A stretch of DNA of 64,000 bases from Octopus sinensis (lineage: Eukaryota), in contig NC_043012.1 in NCBI RefSeq assembly GCF_006345805.1, positions 41,726,001-41,790,000 on the forward strand, written 5' to 3'. The position numbers and the translations under genes were made by a program. The notes under the pieces were generated by a model, which saw only the letters and a program-made list of their open reading frames with translations, ran no database searches and was not told the DNA's origin. This document shows, in pieces, positions 26,571-39,789 of the stretch; the stretch's first letter is position 1, and each line of letters opens with the position of its first letter.

Positions 26571-27256
26571 CATACACACACACATACGTACATTTACACA
26601 CACACACACACACACCACACACACACACACACACACATACATATTTACACAGGTTTGGCCAAAAGTTACCCGACAGTAAATCAACATTACATAAATAATT
26701 AATACTCAATTTCATTTATTCATTCCAATTATGAATGCTTAATAATTGAATGGTCTGAGTTAAAAATCATTGTTTTTTTTTCAACATTTGTCTATTTATT
26801 AGCGAAGTCTCATATAAAATAATTTTTTGCTTTAATCTTGGAATTAAATGGTTTTGATTTACTATCAATAAACTTTTGGCTAACCCTTTATATATACATG
26901 CGTACATACTTACATTCATATGTATGTATAAATTAAAAAGTCAATAAAAGAAAATGGAGAGGAAAAAATAAAAAGATGCTTGGTTCATCTTATTTGTATT
27001 ACAATTGCAAAAGTAATGCAAATTAAAATATTAAGAGACATAGCTGTAAGGACAAGAATAAAAGGAACCGGAACAAGTATAAAAGGAACTGCATCAGCAA
27101 AATAACCCCAAAATATATTCCACATATGTTTCAATATAACATTATTGGAGAATCATCAATAATTGTAACTTTTAAAGATGTAATAAGCGGTATATTGTTA
27201 GATCTCTTCAGGAAAAATAAGCACATTTTAATCTTTAGTCTGAGTCCTCAACTAAG

Positions 27257-27353
<97 letters not shown>

Positions 27354-27607
27354 ATTTGGTTGAATTCTGTACTTCAACTGAAGTGCCTAGTTAGGTCGAT
27401 CTAATCTGCCAACCCAAACAATATCTGGTGAATATCAGACTCTGTGCAGAAGTGATATTCTTGCAGTGTATGCAGTTAATACGACCCAACTTAGGGAAGG
27501 GACCCGCTCTTGTACACCTTTGTTACTCATTTATAGTACACATACACACATATATATACATACGTACATTTATACATACATACATACTACATACATACAT
27601 ACATACA

Positions 27608-27711
<104 letters not shown>

Positions 27712-27782
27712 ATTATATACATAAATACATAAATATATATACATAAATACATACACATATGTATATATATATATATATGTAT

Positions 27783-28892
27783 AATTAAAAATGAAGGTGT
27801 CTGAGAGACACCACCATGCCGAAATAGCAGTCGAAACTCTGACTATAAAAGCTACGTTAAATGTTCATATCGTACCATGAGATAAGACAGAGGGACAAAG
27901 TAGACAAGCAAAAGTTATTGAATAATTCAAGATCCAGGATTTCTGGTTTTGCTTTAAATAAGCTTTACCGTCATCGGTTGAATATATCAAGAGTACATAA
28001 ATACAGATATATATATATGCAGAACAAACGATATACTTACATATACGAACGTCCATACATACATACATATGTACGTATGCACACGGCCAGTTAAATCGCC
28101 CGCCAAAACACCCCATAAGCACGATATGGTTAAAATAAACACCGCAGTGAATATAATAACGAATTATATAAATTTATAAATGAGGATAATATCGATATTT
28201 AAATATCGATATTATCAAGTGGCCAGCATGGGAAAAAATACCGTACAAAGGTAATAATTTTTTACAATTAAAAATGAGGGTGTCTGAGAGACACCACCAT
28301 GCCGAAATAGCAGTCGAAACTCTGACTATAAAAGCCACGTTAAATGTTCATATCGTACCATGAGATAAGACAGAGGGACATATCGATATTATCCTCATTT
28401 ATAAATTTATATAATTCGTTATTATATAACACTGCGGTGTTTATTTTAACCATATCGTGCTTATGGGGTGTTTTGGCGGGCAATTTAACTGGCCGTGTGC
28501 ATACGTACATATGTATGTATGTATGGACGTTCGTATATGTAAGTATATCGTTTGTTCTGCATATATATATCTGTATTTATGTACTCTTGATATATTCAAC
28601 CGATGACGGTAAAGCTTATTTAAAGCAAAACCAGAAATCCTGGATCTTGAATTATTCAATAACTTTTGCTTGTCTACTTTGTCCCTCTGTCTTATCTCAT
28701 GGTACGATATGAACATTTAACGTGGCTTTTATAGTCAGAGTTTCGACTGCTATTTCGGCATGGTGGTGTCTCTCAGACACCTTCATTTTTAATTGTAAAA
28801 AATTATTACCTTTGTACGGTATTTTTTCCCTTGCTGGCCACTTGATAATATCGATATTTAAATATCGATATTATCCTCATTTATAAATTTAT
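27783..28892. repeat. ~483-bp unit present as 1.2 direct copies plus ~1 inverted, circularly permuted copy; carries a hammerhead fold
   Basis: 27783-28266 unit, restart 28267-28380, then reverse complement 28381-28892; flanked by TA repeats. Confidence 0.9.
28594..28652 (+). ncRNA. Hammerhead ribozyme candidate (U4C variant); second copy on minus strand at 27925-27983
   Basis: AUUCAA CCGAUGA C-GGU..GCUU/AAGC..ACC-A GAAA UCCUGGA UC^ UUGAAU. Confidence 0.6.
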
Positions 28893-29447
28893 ATATATGT
28901 ATATATATACGTACATACATACATATATACATTCATACATACACACAAACACGCACACACATGTACAGCTTTCCCCCTTCATATACATACACTACACGTG
29001 CTATCAACCACTGGTCAACTTCATGTAAGAGTACATTAAGGCATGGTGTGTCATGAACAGGAAGTAGAAAATGAGAAGCTGTTTCGTCCTAGAACGACCC
29101 TTATATTCTATTCTATTTCAATTTGTTTTATTTGCTGGGTTTGAATTAAGGGACAAGGTGCATGGTCTTCACAAACTCTGAAATTGATGTTATTATTTTT
29201 CCGGTTGCATCTTTATAGGTAAAAACATGACGAGTGGAGTGGATAAAGTTGTGGAGGATCGATGGGAGGAAGTGGTGGGTGTAGGAATGAGTGTGGATCT
29301 GAGGAGCAGGGATAGGACACTGCACAACACGAATTATCAGAAGGGAACTTAGAAGTGAACCAAGAGTATCTGAGGGTTAGTGGCACGAGATCAATCAACC
29401 CTGAGGAACAGAACCCGTTATAGTACCGGTAAAAAAAAATGACGGAA

Positions 29448-29451
<4 letters not shown>

Positions 29452-29523
<72 letters not shown>
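29452..29523. repeat. (AG)n microsatellite
   Basis: Direct reading. Confidence 0.95.
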
Positions 29524-29526
<3 letters not shown>

Positions 29527-32500
29527 TCTATGGAGCAGAATCCGGTGCGTATCAGTGAGTGGCTTTCTCTAAATCAGTCGAGTAGCCCTTCTCTGGATGT
29601 GATCCAAGATATGAAACATCCGGAGTATCGTCCCAGATGTGATATTCCATTAAGGCTTTCATCTGAATGTCGATAACTGTTGGAACTTGAAAAGAAAGGT
29701 CATTTGGAGAGATCATGAGTGTTTTGGTTGAGTGCTGCTCATGTTTAGTGGTTGAGTGATACTTGAGTTGAAAGCGGGCGACATTACACAATGATTTCGA
29801 AGTCTCTTTTCATGGAATCAATACAGGTTTGATATAGGACGTGAAAGAGTGGATGGTGCATAGTTGGGAAAATCAACGGAGCATGAAGAGGAATGTTATC
29901 TGTGTAAAACGGTGGTGCTAAATGTGACGGCAAATAAGTGATTATGTTTAGAGAAAGAGGCCTGGAGGCAAAAACCGAATCTAGACACACACACACACAC
30001 ACCAGAGTTGGTAGGGTGTGAGACAGAAAATGCTCCGTCAGCACGTTATCCTAATGAAAGCTGATAAGAAGCTTCTTGAATAAGAGACGAAATGACAGAT
30101 GGAGTCCATAGGCGGAAGATTCCAAAGGCAGACACTCACGCCAGACATAAGTGAAAGCTTTCTTGATGAAGATGTTAACATTACTTTTACCAAATTTCCC
30201 GAAGGTGAGAGTTCATTCGTGACTGAGAAAGGAGAGTATATTCCCAGTAGATTTGACTTCACACTAGTGACGGTGAAGAGAGAAAGATACCTTAAATTCT
30301 ATCCGCCCTCATCGTCACCAAAATCTGTTACTCCAGTAACTTCAATTGGTGCCTGAAACGACGTGAGATGTAATTTCTAAATAAAAACCTCAACCCTCAT
30401 AATCCATTCCAATCCATAAATCATTCAGACCATTGCACCAAATACATTTTCTCTATATTCTTACGGCAACTCATGAAAACTCCCAACTGCCCTGGCTCAG
30501 TACACTCGGTAGAAGCAATTTCAGCTTCTTCTCTAAACCCCAAATTTGGAACTTCAGACGATGCCATTCTTAATCGCACAACATCCCTTCCCCCGATGCC
30601 GCCTGAAAAAACCGCAACCGTTCTTTTTGGTTTCTTACCAAAAGTGTTGTTTCTTATTTTAGCACGAAGCCAGCAATTTTGAGTAGGAAGAAAAGTCAAT
30701 TCCAACGGCCCCAGTGCTCAGCTGCTACTTATTTCATCGACCCCGAAAGGATGAAAGCCAAATCTCGATCTTACTGGAATATAAATTCAGAGCATAAATA
30801 ACCGGAAGAAATGTCGCGAAGTATTTTGTCCGGTGTGCAAATACTTCAGCCAGGGCGTCACATTTACTTTGGTTCCTTAGCAAAAGAAGCTCGATCAATT
30901 TCACAGTTTCCTTTCTTTCGACATCAATAGTATTTCTACGAGCAACGACACCCCCATCACCCCATCCCTGCAACCTCCCCCAATCCCCCTATCCCCCATC
31001 CCTGCAACCTCCCATCCTTGCTATCCGCTTTACATCCGACTCTTCACTGCACATTCTCGGTCGGTATATATCCTCCAAATGTATCTTTCTCTTACCATGG
31101 CTACCACTCTTGAATACATACGGTAAGTGCCAAAATAGCCCCGGTTGCTTTAAATCGACATGGCCACCACTCCAGACACTGTCACTTCTATTAAATTACT
31201 CTCAAACACTTCGCCTCAAACTTAACCCTTAAACTCACCAAACCCTTTAACTTCTCAGTATTTGCAGGGTTACACCCCGATGTTCTGGAAACCCTAATAT
31301 TGGGTCTTGCTCTCAAGAGGGTTACCCTTTCTGAATTTGTAATTATTGTTGTCTCTACTAAGGGAATTTCTATGTGGTTGTCAGTAATAGCAACTAAATC
31401 TCCCTCCAATCCCTTCGTGCGGTCTTAAAAACAATAATATATTGGAGAACGAAAGTCTGGATTCCTTGCACAAATGAAAGACTTTGATGGGCATGGTAGG
31501 AACGCCTTGAATAGTAAGTTTGTAAGATTAGGGGAGAGCTGAGATTAAAAACAAGAACAACAACACCACCAACACCACCTCTGCCACTTCCATCCTCCAT
31601 CTCCCCATCACCGCACCACTACCAATAAGAACCTTCTACCACGACTAAATCCACTGATGTGAGCACCACATCTAATATCAACGCCACCGCCAACATTAAT
31701 ACTAGATAAAACAAACATCACCACCGTTACCACTGCGCCACCGCCGCCACCACCACCACCACCACCATCTCCACCATCATCATAATCATCATTATCACAA
31801 TCACCATCCCAACACACCACCACAACTGGTACATCCAACACCACGACCACCGCTCCTAACACCAGACATCTGCTAACCACCACAACTCCTCACCCCTGTT
31901 GGAATGACATTCCTCCCCCCCTCACCGTTTGTACTCTCTGCTTTCACTGCTCCCCAACCCAGCCACACAACTACCCAGACACACGACACACAGAAAGGCA
32001 TACCACCAAACACATCTTGTTAGTCCAGTCTGGCATTCTCCCCCCACACCTACGACATTGCCCAGCAACCACCACCACCGCCGCCGCCGTCGCTGTCACC
32101 ACCACCACCACCACCTTGTTCAAATCCACGCAGATTATCGACTGTAATGTGAGGCTTTAGTGTTGAAGGCCCTGTGTATAGGGTCAGCTGGTGTAAGCAG
32201 GAAGGCCCCTACTATTCTGGGGGCGAGGGATCAAATACAATGAACGGAGCAGGGCTCATCTGGGATCAACTCACAGCACGGAATGTCAACAAATCACACG
32301 TCACGTCTCCAGTGTGCGAGTGAGGCTTTAAGAGTGTTTATGTCAGTGTGTCAGTGTGTCGTGTGTGCGTTAGTATATGTTGCACAACCTAACTACTATC
32401 ACACACACACAAATATATGCATGTATATGTATGCGTGTGCTTGTGTGAGTGTGCATACGTAGGTGCGTGTATATAAAGCTGGTTTCAATCATTGGATTGC

Positions 32501-33013
32501 AGCCATCTTGGGAGACTTCCTTGAAAGGCCTTAGTCGAACAGTTTAACACATGGTTCCGCGTCGGGTTCTACTGCATGGCACATTGGGCAAGTATCCTCA
32601 GGTCGACCAAAGCTTTGTGACAGGGATTTGGTAGACAGAAACCGAGAAAAGCACGTTCTATGCACACACACACACACATACATATATATATCAAGTATGT
32701 ATGTATATGTGTGTGTGTGTGTGTAGTTGTGAATATATTCTCGACTTGTAATGAGCAATGAGGGGAGAGAGGTGAAGAGCAAGAAGGAAAAGGATGAAGA
32801 AAAAGAGGTGTAGTAGAGGGAGGTGGTGAAGGGAAGGAAGAAATATTTGTTCCCCTTCAAAACCATTCTTAACACCGTCTTTGGTTAGATTTAACCCACG
32901 TTTCTGCTGTTCAGTTATTTTTCATTTTTTCTTTCAAGATGGTGGCAGTGGTAGCGGTGTGATGTTGGAATTATCATTTAGTCTCAGGTCAGCCCTGACA
33001 GAGTAGATTTACG

Positions 33014-33077
<64 letters not shown>

Positions 33078-33094
33078 CTCACATATATATATAA

Positions 33095-33400
33095 GTTTGC
33101 TTCTCAACCACATGGTTCCGGGTTCAGTCACACAGGTGGCACTTTGGGCGAGTGCCTTCTACTATAGCCTCAGGCTATGAATGGATTTGGTAGACGGAAA
33201 CTGAAAGAAACCCGTCATATATATGTGTGTGTGTCTCTGTGTTTGTCTCTCCCTATCACCGCTTGACAACCTGTAACAGCGGTTCGGTTCGTTTTGATAG
33301 AATAAGTACGAGGCTTAAAAGGAAGAATCGGTTTGTCCGACTAAAAGTCTACAAAGCGGCGCTCCAACATGGCTGAAATAAGTAAAAGATAAAAGATATA
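33095..33400 (+). mobile_element. SINE family A, degenerate
   Basis: Matches 52943-53395. Confidence 0.75.
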
Positions 33401-33413
33401 TGTTTAAGTTTAA

Positions 33414-33463
33414 TTTGTCAAAATATTTTCGTCGCTAAAATCCGCGACCTGTTCACTGACAAA
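33414..33463 (-). ncRNA. Hammerhead candidate with G3-C8 swapped core
   Basis: UUUGUCA GUGAACA G GUCGC(GGAUUUUA)GCGAC GAAA AUAU UU^ UGACAAA. Confidence 0.5.
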
Positions 33464-33547
33464 GTCCGTGCTGCATAAAAGATATATGTATATATAAAAA
33501 CCTCTCTCTCTCATACAAGAGTTAAGGAATGGGATGGATAAAATCGG

Positions 33548-33631
33548 GGCTACATATGTTTCATAGCGAGCAGAACCTCAGAAGTGGTAAATATTCAAGC
33601 GAGGTGTGTACTGCAGACTACTCTTCAGGCC
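33548..33631 (-). ncRNA. Hammerhead candidate with 59-nt stem II
   Basis: GGC CUGAAGA [GUAG..GCAG..ACCUC / GAGGU..CUGC..CUAU] GAAAC AUAU GUA^ GCC. Confidence 0.6.
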
Positions 33632-33797
33632 AGGGATATCTTGATTAAATGAAAGTTTACATTGTGGCAAGGTGGTACGTGTTAATGCATGGTGTAAAAC
33701 AATGTAATCTTCTCTTCAGGGAAGTGAAGAAATGAAACTCGTCAATCAGACATTTTAACAGAAAATGATGGATGTGTATAGTGATTTATATCATAAA

Positions 33798-34025
33798 AGG
33801 CGGCGAGCTGGCAGAATCGTTAGCACGCCGGGCAAAATGCTTAGCAGTATTTCGTCTGTCGCTATGTTCTGAGTTCAAATTCCGCCGAGGTCGACTTTGC
33901 CTTTCATCCTTTCGGGGTCGATTAAATAAATACCAATTACACACTGGGGTCGATATAATCGATTTAGTCCTTTTGTCTGTCTTTGTTTGTCACCTCTATG
34001 TTTAGCCCCTTGTGGGCAATAAAGA
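33798..34025 (+). mobile_element. SINE family B, near full length
   Basis: tRNA-like head GGCGGCGAGCTGGCAGAATCG...GAGTTCAAATTCC and AATAAAGAA tail. Confidence 0.85.
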
Positions 34026-34639
34026 ATTAGATATAACGTCAGAGGCAGCCTATAGAAAGAGGAGGAATAAAGTAAGGAAAAGTTAAATAAATGAGAAGTA
34101 TATGACTATTTATATTAAATAAAACCTTATAAACTAGGAAAATATACATTTTTTAGCGAATGTTAAATATAAAAAGAAAATTAATGTTTAAATTATATAT
34201 AAGGATAGAGATTACTTATATGAACTAAAGGTGTGTTCTTGCCAATGTTTACATCGGTATGCACGCTCTACATGTGTTGGAAAAACCAATCCTAACCGTA
34301 TGTGAGTTGATAATAGAGTAATACCTATAAGGAAAATTCCAAAACGGGAATTGGTTGGGCAATAAGAAAAGCGAACCAGGTGCCTTGTGGTATTTTTACC
34401 AGCTTCTTTTCGTTGAAATCACGCCATGACCTGCTTGAACGCTTGTCTTAACCCGTTGCTTGGTTTAGCACCGTAACCTAGCAATTAGTGGACCAGGTCT
34501 TCGATTTGATGACACCTCTTCGTCTTTCACCCATCTACCGTGCCAGGGATCCACTAAAGGGTCACAAGAACTTCTTGCCTGATTAAAAGATAAAAAAAAA
34601 AACGACGATAAAGTGACTGAGTAGAGCATCCACGTTGGC

Positions 34640-35485
34640 GCCAAGGTAGATGAAAGTATGAGGGTGGTGGTTGTGAGTGAAGGGGCCAAGGATGATGAAG
34701 GTATGGTGGTGGTGATGGTTGTGAGTGAAAGGGCCAAGAGAGATGAAGGTATGAGGGTGGTGGTAGTGGTGGTGCTTGTGAGTGAAGGGGCAAGAGAGAT
34801 GAAGTTATGAGATGATGGTGATGGTTGTGAGTGAAGGGGTCAAGGGAGATGAAGGTATGAGAGTGGTGGTGGTTGTGAGTGAAGGGGCCAAGAGAGATGA
34901 AGGTATGAGATGATGGTGGTGGTTGTGAGTGGCCAAGGGAGATGAAAGTATGAGGGTGGTGGAGGTGGTGGTTGTGAGTGAAGGGGCCAAGGGAGATGAA
35001 AGTATGAGGGTGGTGGAGGTGGTGGTTGTGAGTGATGGGGCCAAGGGTGATGAAGGTATGAGGATGGTTGTGAGTGAAGGAGCCAAGGGGGATGAAGGTA
35101 TTAGTTGATGGTGGTGGTTGTGAGTGAAGGGGGCCAAGGGAGATGAAAGTATGAGGGTGGTGGAGGTGGTGGTTGTGAGTGAAGGGGCCAAGGGTGATGA
35201 AGGTATGAGGATGGTTGTGAGTGAAGGGGCCAAGGGAGATGAAGGTATGAAGGTTTTGGAGGTGGTGGTTGTGAGTGAAGGAGCCAAGGGAGATGAAGGT
35301 ATGAGTGGTGGTGATGGTGGTTGTGAGTGAGGGGACCAAGGGAGATGAAGGTATGAAGGTTTTGGAGGTGGTGGTTGTGGGTGAAGAGACCAAGGGAGAT
35401 GAAGGTATGAGGATGGTGGTGTTAGTGGTGGTTGTGAGGGAAGGGGCAAGGGAGATGAAGGTATGAGGATGGTGGTCGTGGTGGT
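34640..35485. repeat. Minisatellite, ~45-60-bp units (GGTTGTGAGTGAAGGGGCCAAGGGAGATGAAGGTATGA)
   Basis: About 16 variable units; source of the His/Pro/Thr-rich ORFs. Confidence 0.9.
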
Positions 35486-36085
35486 GCAAATGTCCCAATA
35501 CCTTCTGGTGTCTGTGCAAGAGAGATGAAATAACATCAAGTCTGTAAAAATCCACTCATAGAATTATTAGCAATCAATCGTTTTACCTATCGATTCAGTA
35601 TTTAGCAATGATCAATAAGTATGTCTGTTCGGTTTGCAAGTTTTCTTCGCAACAATGTCATTTGTTTCTCGGTTCGATTTCTACAGTAGCATCGGCCCCA
35701 TTTTCCGAAGAAGAAATTGGCGAAGCTATGTACAATCCCTCCAAATGGAGTATTGCCGTTGTTTAGTGAGGCACATAATAGATTGCTTTGGTTTAAAACG
35801 GCGCCAAAACCACCAACACTAAAAGCGTCACCACTGCCGTAACCGTCACCGCCGCCGCCGCCACCACCACCACCACCAACACAAATCCCTACCCTTTGAA
35901 TCTGTTTACTGGACTCCATTTACATGAAAATGTATCATTATGTAAATGTATATTTTTTTATATGTGAAGGAGTGTGAGTATATGCACTCATATGTATATA
36001 TATATGTTGTATTGTGGGTACGCACCCACACCCATGTGGGTATATGTGTAGACTGTGTTATATTATATGTGTAGACTGTGTTATA

Positions 36086-36212
36086 ATCTCCGAAGAGGCC
36101 TTGTGATATTTGTCTTAATGTCTCATTTATATCTATATATTGACCAACCATAAAGGGCTAATATTGGTAAAATGAGACATAATTATCGACATGGCCGAAA
36201 CAGCTGTAAGAT
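36086..36212 (+). ncRNA. Hammerhead candidate with 100-nt stem II (U4C variant)
   Basis: AUCU CCGAAGA GGCC..AUGUCUCAUUU/AAAUGAGACAU..GGCC GAAAC AGCU GUA^ AGAU. Confidence 0.6.
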
Positions 36213-36628
36213 CTAATTTATACTTATATTTATATTTACTTGTATTTATATTCTTTTTTATATATATTCTAATTATTATACAACATTACTCTTTTATGTA
36301 CACTTTTTTATGTACACTCCTTTATGTACACTGATTTGTTCTGCTTTTTATATTTAACCCTACAGTCTCTTATGTGGTGGTTTAATAAAGTATGTGATTA
36401 TCTGGTAATTGATATTTGAATTAGATGTATTTCTCTATTTTCTTATCTTGTGGTAAATTCTTATCTTTGTGGTAAATCATTTTACCTTTGCCCATATAAT
36501 ACAGTAAATGAATTGATTGCATCGCAATCATTAATATTTATGTATTAACTTTGTTGGGTACTTCACTAGCAGTATATTGGATATACGTTATCCCATAGAG
36601 GGTTGCATTTACAACCCCTATCTCAATT

Positions 36629-36663
<35 letters not shown>

Positions 36664-36868
36664 TGAAATGGATAAATGAATTATCTTGTTACGGATTATT
36701 CAAAATTTAACCGATACCTGGGTAGCAAAAATCACAACAGAAAAAACACGGTTGAGGTTACGACCATGGGGTGTCGCAACCGTGCCTTAGCGCGGATAAT
36801 TGAAGTTTTATATATTTAGTGAAGGGAAGAAATGGAGCTGAACGAAGATTCTACAAAATTCCTTTATA

Positions 36869-38039
36869 TCTCTTATTATAAAGGGCAGATTTTATCTGCC
36901 TCCCTTTGTAAGTTATAGAAATCTACAATATTGAATTTCTTCAATTACAATTTACCTAGCATTTTTAAGAGTAGAATGCATCGGGTTTTGCCAAGTCCAG
37001 TTTTTAAAATTTAAACTCCAATTAAGCAAAATTTACAGAAAACTCACATTCTGGTGTGTATGTCAAATGCTTTTCTTAGTCTGGTTTACAGTACACGCAA
37101 ACGCACACACACAGTGTGCAACGAATAAAGTGAAACTAGATGTAATATTTGTTTCTGTCTATCACGCTGATAGATACATGAGTAAAATGTATGGCAAGCT
37201 AACATATAAGAGTGAGTGAAAATGTTCTTGGAAGAGAGTAAATAGCGACAGAGTGATTTGAGGAAGACTAAACTGAAAGTATGAAACAGTGTTTATGTAT
37301 AAACAGACGACACTTATATAAACCCTTTCGTTACCAAACCGCCGGAATTTACTTATTCATATTTAAATGAGAATATCAGAGTAAATCTCTTTAGTACATT
37401 CGTGAAAACACGTATTATACTTCGTAAACACTTCAAATACAGTTTTGTACAAAATCGAAGTGTAATTTTAATTCCGTGAATTATGGGAGATTTTTTTTCC
37501 GAAATTTGTTCCTATTGTGTTTTCAAAATTTGTAATTCTGACAAAAAATGGATACGAATTTCATTATATCAAGCAGCGAGTCAGAATTCGAAGGATTTTC
37601 TACTGAAGACCTTCATAAATCTAACTATGACTGAAAAAAAAAGCATCTTTATATAAGAGTGAAGTTGTGTGTCTGTCTCCTACGATTTAGATTCGTAACT
37701 ACTCCCACATTTTGCGGTGCAGTTTAACCAAAAGCAGGTATCTTATAGTCGTGATTCATATCGAGCCCTTCTGGGTATTAGCGCGCGTCTACGATGAGTC
37801 TACGATTTTAAAAAAATTTACCATCATATTTTTCCATTTTAATGCATTTTTTTCGCTTTTATATAAGGGAAGTAACTCTCTAAAAATATCTACGATGTGT
37901 CAACGATTTAAAAAAAAATTTACCTTAATTTTTTTTCAATTTTTAATGCATTTTTTTGCTATTTTTTGGCTATAACTCTCTAAAATGCTTATATAGTTAT
38001 TTCCCTTACAACCCGAGCAACGCCGGGCGATACTGCTAG
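36869..38039 (+). mobile_element. Non-autonomous Helitron, copy 1
   Basis: 5'-TC, 3' hairpin CCCGAGCAACGCCGGG, CTAG terminus, inserted between A and T. Confidence 0.85.
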
Positions 38040-38143
38040 TATATATATATAGGGAGGGAGAGAGAGAGAGAGAGAAATGTGTCTATCTTCCTATCTATCT
38101 AACTATGCGTGTGTGCATGTATATATGTATATATATACTCACA

Positions 38144-39318
38144 TCTCTTATTATAAAAGGCAGATTTTATCTGCCTCCCTTTGTAAGTTATAGAAATCTA
38201 CAATATAGGATTTCTTCAATTACAATTTACCTAGCATTTTTAAGAGTAGAATGCATCGGGTTTTGCCAAGTCCAGTTTTTAAAATTTAAACTCCAATTAA
38301 GCAAAATTTACAGAAAACTCACATTCTGGTGTGTATGTCAAATGCTTTTCTTAGTCTGGTTTACAGCACACGCAAACGCACACACACAGTGTGCAACGAA
38401 TAAAGTGAAACTAGATGTAATATTTGTTTCTGTCTATCACGCTGATAGATACATGAGTAAAATGTATGGCAAGCTAACAGATAAGAGTGAGTGAAAATGT
38501 TCTTGGAAGAGAGTAAATTAGCGACAGAGTGATTTTAGGAAGACTAAACTGAAAGTATGAAACAGTGTTTATGTATAAACAGACGACACTTATATAAACC
38601 CTTTCGTTACCAAACCGCCGGAATTTACCTATTCATATTTAAATGAGAATATCAGAGTAAATCTCTTTAGTACATTCGTGAAAACACGTATTATACTTCG
38701 TAACACTTCAAATACAGTTTTGTACAAAAATCGAAGTGTAATTTTAATTCCGTGAATTATGGGAGATTTTTTTCCGAAATTTGTTCCTATTGTGTTTTCA
38801 AAATTTGTAATTCTGACAAAAAATGGATACGAATTTCATTATATCAAGCAGCGAGTCAGAATTCGAAGGATTTTCTACTGAAGACCTTCATAAATCTAAC
38901 TCTATGACTGAAAAAAAAAAAGCATCTTTATATAAGAGTGAAGTTGTGTGTCTGTCCCCTTCGATTTAGATTCGTAACTACTCCCACATTTTGCGGTGCA
39001 GTTTAACCAAAAGCGGGTATCTTATAGTCGTGATTCATATCGAGCCCTTCTGGGTATTAGCGCGCGTCTACGATGAGTCTACGATTTTAAAAAATTTACC
39101 ATCATATTTTTCCATTTTAATGCATTTTTTCGCTTTTATATAAGGGAAGTAACTCTCTAAAAATATCTACGATGTGTTAACGATTTAAAAAAAAAAATTA
39201 CCTTAATTTTTTTTCAATTTTTAATGCATTTATTTGCTATTTTTTGGCTATAACTCTCTAAAAATGCTTATATAGTTATTTCCCTTACAACCCGAGCAAC
39301 GCCGGGCGATACTGCTAG
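38144..39318 (+). mobile_element. Non-autonomous Helitron, copy 2 (near-identical to copy 1)
   Basis: Same termini and A|T site; 104-bp spacer between the copies. Confidence 0.85.
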
Positions 39319-39788
39319 TATGTATATATTTGTATCTATGCACACACAGTTATATATATATATGTATGTATATATATATGTGTATGTATATATATATATA
39401 TATATGTATATATATGAGTGTATGCACATATGTTGGTATATATATGTTTGTATGTATATATATATATATACATGCATGTATATTTGTGTGTATGTATATA
39501 TATATGTGTATGTAAATGTATATGTATATATGTCTGTATATACATATGTATATATATGTCTGTATATATATCTATGTATATATTTTTGTGCGTATATATA
39601 TATATGTGTATGTATATATGTATGTATATATATATATGTATGAATATATGTATGTATGTATATGTGTGTATGTATATATGTGTATGTATACACAAATGTA
39701 TATATGCGTGTATTTATATATATATGTGTGTGTGTGTGTGTGTATGTGTGTGTGTGTGTATGTATGTGTGTATGTATATATACATATA
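39319..39788. repeat. (TA)n/(TG)n microsatellite
   Basis: Direct reading. Confidence 0.9.
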
Positions 39789-39789
39789 C

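Noticed and set aside
29550-31450. Possible old LINE or host exons (unique, moderate-GC sequence with short ORFs)
   Set aside because: Only vague hints (NLLGIYSP, possible decayed zinc knuckles); needs BLASTx to call
34554-35555. 333-aa His-rich and 244-aa Thr/Pro-rich ORFs
   Set aside because: Products of the minisatellite; the repeated peptide switches between frames from unit to unit
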